From IMG/VR virus record IMGVR_UViG_3300033463_000076, positions 16,113 to 80,112 of that record: a stretch of DNA of 64,000 nucleotides; one strand, given 5' to 3'. Made by a program: the position numbers and the translations under genes. How positions within the stretch are numbered: the first letter of the stretch is position 1; each line of letters begins with the position of its first letter. This DNA comes from a virus. Its lineage: Duplodnaviria; Caudoviricetes. Under the pieces are notes generated by a model that worked only from the letters and a program-made list of their open reading frames with translations, had not been told where the DNA came from and ran no database searches. Positions 47,715 through 55,830 of the stretch are shown here, one piece after another.

Positions 47715-49262
47715 CTAACCGAATAACGTCGTTTGAACTGTCTCTGCCTTAGCTGCTGGCTTGCGCTTCTTCTCGGTCTTCTTGGGAAGGTTCCAGCCCT
47801 TACCCTTACTGGCCTCCACGTTGAACTTGTACCAGACATCTTCATCCAGGAACTCGAAGTGCATCGTACCCTTCTTGTAGCCGATACACTTGAAGAAACC
47901 CCACTCGAACCACTTACCCCAATCGGGCTTCAGACGGTTGACTGCATCGTTCAGTGTCTCGGTCTCGTCGAAGTTCGTACCGGTCAGGTAACACAGGGCC
48001 TTATGAACATCCTCGATGATATCCACGTTACCGCTTCCCCTGTATCTGATACTCAGCTTCTCCTTCTCCCACGAATAGTCGTTGCGTGTCATCCAGTCCA
48101 CTATGAACCGCTTGTTGACCATATAGTTCGCATTGGTCTTCCACGTCTCTCCAGCGGTGCTGTTCTCTGCAGACAGCGAACAAATCTTATCGAAGGCCTC
48201 GATGATAGCCCTCTGCATCCGCTGGCCGTTCGTCTGTACGACCATGTCGATCACCTTGTATATGTTACCCATCGTGAACGGCACCTGGCTCTGCTGCTCA
48301 ACGAACTTGTTTATCTGCTCCCTGAGCTGCTTGGTAGCATACTTCTCCATATTCATCTTGCGGAATATGATATGCCAGTAGTACTTCTGCAACACCTTCT
48401 TATACTCTTGGTGGGTAATGGTAGTGCCACTGCTGCTACTCTCGTCCCTGCTGACGATGGCGCCGAACGTGACAGGCAGATATCCGTAGGTCTGCTTGAC
48501 CTGCTTCACCTCTCCAGTCTTCTCGTCCCTCTCCGGACGGTAGTCGTAGAAATCAGCCATTTCGTTAATCTCCTTCGAGGCCTTCATGACGTTATCGAAC
48601 AACTTGACCGCCGAGACGTATCGGTTGACGATATCCCTTACGAAGTTGTACTGCATCAAGCCTTCGGTACTTCCTCCGGCGATATCCGTATCATACTGGT
48701 CGAAGAAATAGCCAGCGAACTCGTCTTCTCCCTGACCTTCCTTGTACAGCTTTACGAGCGAGACGTATACATTGGTACGTCTCTCAGCCTTCTTGAACAC
48801 GTCACCCAGGAACTCAGACCTACCATACAGCTTCACCGTCTCTAACAGCTTGGCATTCGTCTTATTCCACGAACTCTTCTCGAGGTTGCTGTCATTGCAG
48901 ATGGCAATCACCGTACAGCCTGGAGGCGCTATCTCGAAAGCGTGCAGTATGTGTTCTGCTCCTCGGCTAAACGGCGGGTTCATCACGATCATGTCGATGT
49001 GGCTGACCATTTCCGACGTGACCGTCAGGAAATCGTTCGCTATTATCTGACACTTACCCCTCAACAGCTTCAGGTTGTAGGGGTCGTTCTCACAGGCAAT
49101 CACCTCACGGGCTCCGTTTCTCTTGAGCCAGTCTACGATATTGCCCTTGCCGGCAGACGGTTCGAGAATCGTCTTGCCGACAAAATCATCACCCATCATC
49201 ATCTTTGCGATGACTTCATCGGGCGTGGGATAGAAATCAGGGTTTTCCGAAAAAATACTCAT
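47715..49262 (-). CDS. N6-adenine methyltransferase fused to a DUF4942-like domain (TAAGAGCAATG-tagged)
   Basis: DFYPTP, LEPSAGKG and MNPPF motifs; C-terminal FFKCIGYKKGTMHFEF. Confidence 0.85.
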   Translation of the reverse strand: MSIFSENPDFYPTPDEVIAKMMMGDDFVGKTILEPSAGKGNIVDWLKRNGAREVIACENDPYNLKLLRGKCQIIANDFLTVTSEMVSHIDMIVMNPPFSRGAEHILHAFEIAPPGCTVIAICNDSNLEKSSWNKTNAKLLETVKLYGRSEFLGDVFKKAERRTNVYVSLVKLYKEGQGEDEFAGYFFDQYDTDIAGGSTEGLMQYNFVRDIVNRYVSAVKLFDNVMKASKEINEMADFYDYRPERDEKTGEVKQVKQTYGYLPVTFGAIVSRDESSSSGTTITHQEYKKVLQKYYWHIIFRKMNMEKYATKQLREQINKFVEQQSQVPFTMGNIYKVIDMVVQTNGQRMQRAIIEAFDKICSLSAENSTAGETWKTNANYMVNKRFIVDWMTRNDYSWEKEKLSIRYRGSGNVDIIEDVHKALCYLTGTNFDETETLNDAVNRLKPDWGKWFEWGFFKCIGYKKGTMHFEFLDEDVWYKFNVEASKGKGWNLPKKTEKKRKPAAKAETVQTTLFG

Positions 49263-49287
49263 TGCTCTTAGTTCTTTATTGCGTTTC

Positions 49288-49584
49288 TTAATCTAAACTC
49301 AGCTCCTTATAGTTGAAGCACGGCCACTGGCTGATATCAACGAAATCGAAACATCCGTACTCGACCATTACGATCTCCTCGTCCTTAATCTCGTACAGGT
49401 GTCCGCTCCATGACTGCATTTCCTCCGGACCGTCGAGGAACATGACGGCCACCTGGCCAGCTTCCTCGTCTGTGAATACTCTGAAATCCTTGCGGGTCTG
49501 CTCGATACCTGTCAGCTTGAGACCGTCGGCTATCAGGTTGTCGACTTCCTTCAAGATGCTGCTCTTTGTCTTTTCCGTAATCAT
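49288..49584 (-). CDS. Hypothetical early protein (TAAGAGCAATG-tagged)
   Basis: 98 aa after promoter block 6. Confidence 0.65.
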   Translation of the reverse strand: MITEKTKSSILKEVDNLIADGLKLTGIEQTRKDFRVFTDEEAGQVAVMFLDGPEEMQSWSGHLYEIKDEEIVMVEYGCFDFVDISQWPCFNYKELSLD

Positions 49585-49730
49585 TGCTCTTACTTCTTTA
49601 AGTGTTTCTTAATGTTCCTTTTGATGTTGTAAAGGTAGTGAAAAAACACGATATTTGCAAGGTTTTCGCTCTTTATAAACTTAAAAAGTGTTCAACAGAC
49701 TCTTATTTAACCTTACCTAACTTTTGCATC
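49582..49730 (-). repeat. Repeated early promoter/leader block, copy 6
   Basis: TACCTTTACA 49628-49637, CATTAAGAAAC 49604-49614; very similar to copy 3. Confidence 0.8.
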
Positions 49731-49878
49731 CTCTCAGCCCTTTCTCTGAGGTACTTTCGGATGCTTCTCTCCCTGATTGCCACAGCCACCGTCAGGCACA
49801 CCACGAGAAGGACGATAATCACGAACAGGCCGTATATCGTCAGCGTCATATCAAACAGACCGTCTATGTGAAATCTTA

Positions 49879-50322
49879 CTACCATACTCCCAGAACCTCC
49901 AATAACGATCTCGGTACGTCGAACCACTCAAAGAACTTGTTGCCTACCAACAGGACCAGCAGACCGATAGAGACCACACTGTTCGCCCTGTCGAACCTTA
50001 CGTTATCGCTAATCGAAGCCTCCGACAATGTCCTGCTCCTCATTAACGACGTTACCAGTGTCAGCAGGAACAGACAGACGAAGAACACCCACTGGCTTGA
50101 CAGCAGACCCAATGCACTCCACACCATGTAGAAGAAATCGATCATGTACGCCCTCATGTAGTTCGGGTCGATATCACGACCGTCACCATGGCCGGTCCGC
50201 TTGACATCCTCGATGACCTTCTGAGCATACTTTGACTCAGTGATAATCTTTCTTGCATTCACAATCGCATACAGCTCAAAGTACACGAAGAACGCTGCTA
50301 AACCATAGAACACGTAAACCAT
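49879..50322 (-). CDS. Membrane protein
   Basis: 147 aa with 3-4 hydrophobic segments. Confidence 0.6.
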   Translation of the reverse strand: MVYVFYGLAAFFVYFELYAIVNARKIITESKYAQKVIEDVKRTGHGDGRDIDPNYMRAYMIDFFYMVWSALGLLSSQWVFFVCLFLLTLVTSLMRSRTLSEASISDNVRFDRANSVVSIGLLVLLVGNKFFEWFDVPRSLLEVLGVW

Positions 50323-50327
50323 AACTC

Positions 50328-50993
50328 TTACTTTTTATGCTTGTTAATATACTCTTGCGGCTCACATCCATACTTCTTCTTGAACATATTCACCATCAAC
50401 TTCCTGGAACTCTCCGACAGGTTGTACTCTGACAGAATACCCTCTGCAGACCTGATTCCCTGCTCGACGTCCTCGACGGGCTTCTTCTCTTTCTTCTCAG
50501 GCTTTCTCATAAAGGGGTGGGGTGTACCGACCTTTCCAGTCTTCTCACAATACTCCTCCCAGGTCATCTTGTTCTTTCTGGCCTCCTCCTCGGCTTTCTC
50601 CCTCTGCTCCTGCTCGTACTTCTCTATAATCATTACTCTCTCCTTCATGAACTCCCTCAGCGACGTCGTGATCACGAGCGGGTCGACTGAACCATAGAAC
50701 CTACCGAACTTGCCCGACTTGAACCAGTAGAAGAACAACATCAGCTCCGATATCTTCAGGTGTGCGAACTCCATCGATATGATGTAGGCGCACTGCTCCA
50801 GCGGCTTGCCCTGCAACTTATCCTTGCAGCCACAATACTCACTGAGGTCCATTAACTGCGGAACTAACCACGATGCCGTTGTGTTCTCTCCAAACGACAG
50901 CTTCATATCCGTAAGCGTCGGATAGTCACCGATGACACACAACGTCGGACTGTTGCATATCTTCAGCTGATAGTCTGGATTGTACGTGGTCAT
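50328..50993 (-). CDS. Replication-associated protein (DUF6633-like)
   Basis: Likely start MTTYNP just after the rep stop; KISELMLFFYWFKSGKFGRFYGSVDP motif. Confidence 0.65.
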   Translation of the reverse strand: MTTYNPDYQLKICNSPTLCVIGDYPTLTDMKLSFGENTTASWLVPQLMDLSEYCGCKDKLQGKPLEQCAYIISMEFAHLKISELMLFFYWFKSGKFGRFYGSVDPLVITTSLREFMKERVMIIEKYEQEQREKAEEEARKNKMTWEEYCEKTGKVGTPHPFMRKPEKKEKKPVEDVEQGIRSAEGILSEYNLSESSRKLMVNMFKKKYGCEPQEYINKHKK

Positions 50994-51000
50994 AAACGAC

Positions 51001-51951
51001 TCACGACTTCCCAGCTGCTTTTTCAGCGTCGTCTCTCGCCCACATCTTACTAATGATGTCTGCTCCTTCACGCAATCTTTCTTCAGCTCCTGACTGATTA
51101 CTGTTCCTATTGCTTCCATTTGACTTATTTTTTGCGGCTCTCGCCTGTGCTACTATTGCGTTATACTGCGAATTTATGATAGGTACGGTAAAGTTCTCCA
51201 GCACGAAGTTGTTACCGATAGAATCCAACAGCGCCTTCATACCCTCAACCAAAGAATCATCATCCGTACTCATATTCTTACTGGCTCTTGCGAAACATAT
51301 CTTTTTCAGCAAGTCCTTCATATTCTTGGCGTCCTTTGCCGTCCAATAGTACTCTGCCTCGAACGAATCCCTGAAATACGCTTCGAAAGCGTAACGGGCT
51401 TTGCTTATAAGGGTTGGCTCTTTCTTTGATTTAGATGACCTCTTTTGTGTATCTGAGCCCGCAGCCCCGTCAGGGGATGTCGGGAAAATATTTTCTTTAC
51501 TTTCTTCTATATCTTTTTCTTTGGTTACTTTCTTTTTGCCCTGTGTATCTGTTTGTGTATCTATTTGTGTATCTGTTTGTGTATCTGTTTGTGTATCTGT
51601 TTCGTCGTTTTTCGAGTCATCAACGATTTGGTATTTCTCGTATTTACAGATAGTTACGATATTTACGACGTTACTTTTCTGTGTATCTATCTTATCAGAA
51701 GCGGCCAATTCTTTCAGGAACGACTGGACTTTATTGACTCCCCACTGCCAACGAACGGCCAACTCTCGTATAGATAATGCCAACTGGCCACGTTCCAACG
51801 GAACCTTTATTCCACGGACACACAAGACTCTCGGCTTATACTCTGCAAGCAGCAGCAGATCAAGCCATGCTTGCATTCTGGTGAACTTTTCAGCGAAGTA
51901 AAGTTCATCATCCATAATCGACCGATATATCTTTATCCACCCGTCACTCAT
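51001..51951 (-). CDS. Replication initiator (lambda O-like)
   Basis: MSDGWIKIYR...AWLDLLLLA...RGQLALSIRELAVRW N-terminus; internal iterons. Confidence 0.85.
   Translation of the reverse strand: MSDGWIKIYRSIMDDELYFAEKFTRMQAWLDLLLLAEYKPRVLCVRGIKVPLERGQLALSIRELAVRWQWGVNKVQSFLKELAASDKIDTQKSNVVNIVTICKYEKYQIVDDSKNDETDTQTDTQTDTQIDTQTDTQGKKKVTKEKDIEESKENIFPTSPDGAAGSDTQKRSSKSKKEPTLISKARYAFEAYFRDSFEAEYYWTAKDAKNMKDLLKKICFARASKNMSTDDDSLVEGMKALLDSIGNNFVLENFTVPIINSQYNAIVAQARAAKNKSNGSNRNSNQSGAEERLREGADIISKMWARDDAEKAAGKS
51542..51601. repeat. Five 12-bp tandem repeats (TGTGTATCTGTT): putative replication-origin iterons
   Basis: Direct repeats inside rep, next to a T-rich tract; extra TGTGTATCT cores near 51446 and 51680. 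Confidence 0.75.
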
Positions 51952-52079
51952 GAGACTCCAATTCTTCTTAATGACAGACAATCTATCCGGCTGAAGAATA
52001 TCCAGCCACCCCTTTTGCCACTTTCGGCTTTAAATATGCTCTTTGTATCCATATCGACACTTTTTAATAACACCGACCA

Positions 52080-52201
52080 TTAAAAGCAAAAGCAGGAAGG
52101 GCGGTCGATTTACCCTTATCAGCGGCTCATGACTTCCGCCTATCCTGCTTGTTTGTTTGAATTGTGCGGTAAAGTTAAGTATTTTATTTGAGAAACAAAT
52201 A
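52080..52201 (-). promoter_or_regulatory. rep promoter with TATTTG-N5-CAAATA operator and a terminated structured leader
   Basis: -7 variant TAACTTTA 52170-52177, operator 52185-52201; AAGCAGGA/TCCTGCTT and GGCGG/CCGCC stems followed by T-runs. Confidence 0.55.
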
Positions 52202-52236
52202 CTTTTAACTCTTAAATTGCTCATTCTTAACTTTAT

Positions 52237-52725
52237 TTATAGATTGACCTTGATATCTTTCAACCTACTCAACCTGTGAACTTCAGCGGTGTAGTGGTCG
52301 ATCTTCTCCTGGAGTTCATCGTCCGTCCACTTCTTCGTTGACTTGGCTCTCAGGCGTAGCGTATCGAATCTGGCGACACCGATTTTCCTTATCAGATTCT
52401 CCTGATAGTAAATCAGGTGGTCTGCACTCACCCTGTTACAGCCGATACATTCAGCGTGGCAATTATCCTCGTCGAACCTCGTGGCCATATTGGTACGGCC
52501 GTAGAAGTGACCACAATCCAGCTCTTTGTACGGCTTAATCTTACCACAGCTGATACACTTACCGAATCCGCTCGGCATCACATCCCTGAGTCTGATATAC
52601 AGGGCAAACACTTTGTCGAGCCTCTTTACCAGGTCCGGCTTCTCAGGCTTCTTCCTCGGCTTGCGCTCCTTGGGCGCATCGTCCGACTTCTTCTTTTTCT
52701 TCTTGTATCTGTAATATGGGAACAT
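52237..52725 (-). CDS. NinG/Rap-like nuclease
   Basis: CISCG...DCGHF..R..MATRFDEDNCHAECIGCN. Confidence 0.9.
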   Translation of the reverse strand: MFPYYRYKKKKKKSDDAPKERKPRKKPEKPDLVKRLDKVFALYIRLRDVMPSGFGKCISCGKIKPYKELDCGHFYGRTNMATRFDEDNCHAECIGCNRVSADHLIYYQENLIRKIGVARFDTLRLRAKSTKKWTDDELQEKIDHYTAEVHRLSRLKDIKVNL

Positions 52726-52728
52726 AGC

Positions 52729-53907
52729 TTATCTGAATGGTACGTTTGTTAACTGTCTTCCTTTCGAGTATATCGCCCACCTCTGCGAGTTAGGCGGGCA
52801 CCATATCTGCAGATCGGCCACTGCACCGAACCGCTTGTAGTTTCCTGCGAGGTCTATCACCCAGCCCTGCTTACCCTCATACGGTCTTATCGCACGTCCG
52901 ACCATCTGGTAATACAATCCGAGCGACTTGGTAGGTCTGCCCAGCACGACGGTATCTAACTCAGGGTAGTCGAAGCCTGTTGTGAGCGTCCCGACGTTGG
53001 CGACCACCTCTATCTCTCCACTCTTGAACTTGGCCAGTACCGACTCTCTCTCCTTCTTGGGCGTTTCTCCCGTAACAATGGCGGCTTGCTTGTTCTCCTG
53101 CTTCAGCTTCTGAACAAGTTCCTCCGCTTCCTTGATGAACGACGTGAACACCAGTACACCGTTTCGTGGAATACCGCTCTTAGGCTTCAGCACCCTGAGT
53201 ACCGTCGATGTCAGCTTGTCATAGAACCCGCTGCGCTCAAACTCCTCCCTCAGACTCTTCTCGTCGTAGTCGGCTCCCGTCGAGTTGGCTTTCACCCTCT
53301 CGAGGTTGAGCGATGTCAGGTCGTAGTAGTCGAGGTCTGCGAGGTAGCCCTTTGCAAGCAGTTCCTGAATCTGGCAGTAGTACAGCACCTTACTGAACGT
53401 CCTCGTCTTCGTGCGAGTCAGGAACTTCAGCATCGAGCGTCCGAAGTCTGCACGTGCCAGTCTGTACGGCGTGGCCGTCAGTCCTATCACTCGTCTGCTC
53501 TCTGCGTCAAAGAACTGCTTGTACTGGCCTTCCTTCGAATTGACGTAGTGGCATTCATCGACCAGGATATTCCTGAAGTGTGCGAAATCCTCCATGTGGT
53601 TCATCACGCTTCCAATGGTGGCGAACGTGATACGGTTGATATCCTTACGTCCGACACTTGCCGAATAGACACCGCAGTCCCACGATCCGTAGGACTGCAG
53701 CTTGGCGAAATTCTGCTCCAGTATCTCCTTCGATGGCTGGAACACCAACAGCGGGCCGTCGAGACGTGACGCTATATCTGCTATCACGAGACTCTTTCCC
53801 GCACCTGTAGGCAATATCAGCAGTCCGTTCTCATCCTTCTTCCCGTTGAAGGCCGTTACGGCTGCGTCGCTTGCCAGTTTCTGATATGTCCTTAACTTAT
53901 ACTTCAT
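52729..53907 (-). CDS. SF2 DEAD/DEAH-box helicase
   Basis: LPTGAGKS, DECH, GLTATP, LTTGFD and QMVGRAIR motifs. Confidence 0.93.
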   Translation of the reverse strand: MKYKLRTYQKLASDAAVTAFNGKKDENGLLILPTGAGKSLVIADIASRLDGPLLVFQPSKEILEQNFAKLQSYGSWDCGVYSASVGRKDINRITFATIGSVMNHMEDFAHFRNILVDECHYVNSKEGQYKQFFDAESRRVIGLTATPYRLARADFGRSMLKFLTRTKTRTFSKVLYYCQIQELLAKGYLADLDYYDLTSLNLERVKANSTGADYDEKSLREEFERSGFYDKLTSTVLRVLKPKSGIPRNGVLVFTSFIKEAEELVQKLKQENKQAAIVTGETPKKERESVLAKFKSGEIEVVANVGTLTTGFDYPELDTVVLGRPTKSLGLYYQMVGRAIRPYEGKQGWVIDLAGNYKRFGAVADLQIWCPPNSQRWAIYSKGRQLTNVPFR

Positions 53908-53915
53908 AACTCTTG

Positions 53916-54031
53916 AAGGAGCGGCAGGATTCGAACCTGCGCTTACAGAAACGAGCTGTCTTGTCTTACGCTGCCACTCAAGGGCTCGCCGCTTTGCTCT
54001 CTGCCGTTCTAACCTCTTTAACTACACTCCT
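53916..54031 (-). tRNA. tRNA-like gene with a 43-nt insertion in the anticodon arm (possible intron; spliced anticodon GCA, Cys)
   Basis: Acceptor AGGAGTG/CGCTCCT, U73, D-arm GTT..GG..AAC, T-arm GCAGG-TTCGAAT-CCTGC; the anticodon stem GCAGA/TCTGT encloses the insert. Confidence 0.6.
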
Positions 54032-54042
54032 TGCCTTTTCAA

Positions 54043-54783
54043 CTATTCATCTTCATCATCGTCCTGACGGCTTGCAGGTGCCTGGCCGTTGTCGTCGCCC
54101 TCGTCACCGAAGGGCAGGTCATTGCCGTTATTGTCCTTGCCGTCCTCGGCTTCCTTCTGCTCGTTTGGATTCTCGACCTCTGGGAACTCCAGCCCGAACA
54201 CCTCGAGCATGGCCTTGCGGTTCTTCTCCTCATTGGCCCAAATCTCCGAACGGTCTGGGATAGGATAGGCGTTGGCCAGTACGAACTTCTTCAGGCCTTC
54301 ATCCCACACGTAGATGCAGTAGTGACCGGCGATGGCTATGCTGAACACCTCGGTAGACTTCAGGCGGATATCCTTCGTACCAAGTTTCACCTCCGCTGCA
54401 TACTTCTCGATCTCGAGCAGCACTGAGTTGTAGGCATCCTCGGCCTCCTTCTTCATCAGCTTGATACGCTCCAGCGTCTCTTGCAGGTGGTCCTTGCGCT
54501 TCTTGACCTCGTTCTCCTGAAGCATACAATACTCCTCTCTGATGTTGTGAATCTCGAACTCGTCGAGCTTACGGGTCACTAACTCATTGTCAGGGAACGT
54601 CGAAGTGAAGTGCTTTGCGACGAACTTCAGCGCATCACTCTTCGTCTTCAACGGCTTCTCACCAAGCAGGTTGGCCTTCTTCAGACCGAGGAAATCCAGC
54701 TCGAGCGGGAACTGTTCCTTTACTGCTTCTTCCAGTACGTACTCGATGTGCTCAGGTACGTAGTTCTTCAAATCTTTCTTCAT
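54043..54783 (-). CDS. Conserved Bacteroidales phage protein
   Basis: 246 aa, coiled coil with an acidic C-terminal DLPF. Confidence 0.65.
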   Translation of the reverse strand: MKKDLKNYVPEHIEYVLEEAVKEQFPLELDFLGLKKANLLGEKPLKTKSDALKFVAKHFTSTFPDNELVTRKLDEFEIHNIREEYCMLQENEVKKRKDHLQETLERIKLMKKEAEDAYNSVLLEIEKYAAEVKLGTKDIRLKSTEVFSIAIAGHYCIYVWDEGLKKFVLANAYPIPDRSEIWANEEKNRKAMLEVFGLEFPEVENPNEQKEAEDGKDNNGNDLPFGDEGDDNGQAPASRQDDDEDE

Positions 54784-54804
54784 AATTCGTTTAAATTAAA
54801 GGGG

Positions 54805-55260
54805 TTATAAATAATTCTCATACGCTGCAATCTGCTTCATTGCCTCGATGTAGGCATCTGTGCCGTCTGCAGGCTCAGGGATATACAGCCCTGCGTAGTT
54901 CTGGCTCCAGTTCCTGAAGTGCTCTATCGCGTCCGTCATTTCCTTCTTGTCAAGGTCTGACGTGCTTCGCATATAGGTCACTACCTGGTGTCTGCGGTTC
55001 ATCCTCTGACGTGCGAAGATGTTATAGTTCACCTGACGCTTGAAGATATCCTGCTTCACCTCCTCGAGCATATAGCCGAACTCGCTGGCGAAGTACGACA
55101 GGCAGTAGTGCAAATATGCGTTCTGCGAGGTGGAGCGTGGAGCGTGCTTCTTCTTCACCTCCACGATGAAGCCCTTCTGCAAGGATGCCTTGTACAAGTC
55201 GTTGACATAGCTCTTGAAGTCAGACCTATCCACCTCGTTATTCATATTGAACACTGCCAT
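54805..55260 (-). CDS. NinB-like / HNHc_6-type recombination protein
   Basis: RSTSQNAYLH...RSTSDLDKKEMTDAIE...YIPEP. Confidence 0.8.
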   Translation of the reverse strand: MAVFNMNNEVDRSDFKSYVNDLYKASLQKGFIVEVKKKHAPRSTSQNAYLHYCLSYFASEFGYMLEEVKQDIFKRQVNYNIFARQRMNRRHQVVTYMRSTSDLDKKEMTDAIEHFRNWSQNYAGLYIPEPADGTDAYIEAMKQIAAYENYL

Positions 55261-55263
55261 AGC

Positions 55264-55830
55264 TTAGAACGGTAAGTCGTCTGCATTATCCTGCTGTTCT
55301 ACAGGCACACCCGTCACTGGATCAACCTGCGGAGGGAACGGAGCGGGCGCCGGCTGCGGTGCCGTCTGCATCGGTGCGGGCTGTGGCTGATATCCACTCT
55401 GCGGAACCTGCTGCTGAGGGAACCCGTTGTACGGCTGTCCCTGATAACCAGGATTGAAACCTTGCCCGTAGCCGCCCTGCTGTGGGTAGTTGGTTGGACC
55501 GCCCTGACCCTGCTGATATGGCTGATAGGGTACGACGTTCTTTCCGACCAGCTTGTTAAAGTACGACCTCTGGCCGTCCTTATCGGACGAATTGCCCTGT
55601 ATGACGAACGATATCGTCACCTTCATGCCGACCTGATACATCGCTGGGATGTTCACCTGGTCGCCGACGAACTCGAATATCGGGTGGTTGTCGTACTTCT
55701 CTCCATTCTCACGGCTGTACCATGAGCAATCCAAAACGACGTCTCTCTTGTAGAACGTACCGTTTCTTCCCTGAATGGGAACTGGCTGTCCTATGACCTC
55801 CAGTTTCCCGACGATATTATATACTGCCAT
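55264..55830 (-). CDS. DUF3127 single-stranded DNA-binding protein
   Basis: OB-fold N-terminus, Q/P/G-rich linker, DDLPF tail. Confidence 0.85.
   Translation of the reverse strand: MAVYNIVGKLEVIGQPVPIQGRNGTFYKRDVVLDCSWYSRENGEKYDNHPIFEFVGDQVNIPAMYQVGMKVTISFVIQGNSSDKDGQRSYFNKLVGKNVVPYQPYQQGQGGPTNYPQQGGYGQGFNPGYQGQPYNGFPQQQVPQSGYQPQPAPMQTAPQPAPAPFPPQVDPVTGVPVEQQDNADDLPF

Noticed and set aside
16010-49730. CRISPR array or solitary CRISPR repeats
   Set aside because: The repeats are promoter/leader blocks separated by kilobases of genes, not regularly spaced 25-45-bp repeats; no cas genes.
52030-52224. 64-aa TTG-start ORF upstream of rep
   Set aside because: It overlaps the promoter, operator and terminator hairpin, so it is probably not coding.
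53916-54031. tmRNA or selenocysteine tRNA
   Set aside because: Far too short for tmRNA, with no tag ORF or G3:U70 Ala identity; no TCA anticodon or long variable arm as in tRNA-Sec.
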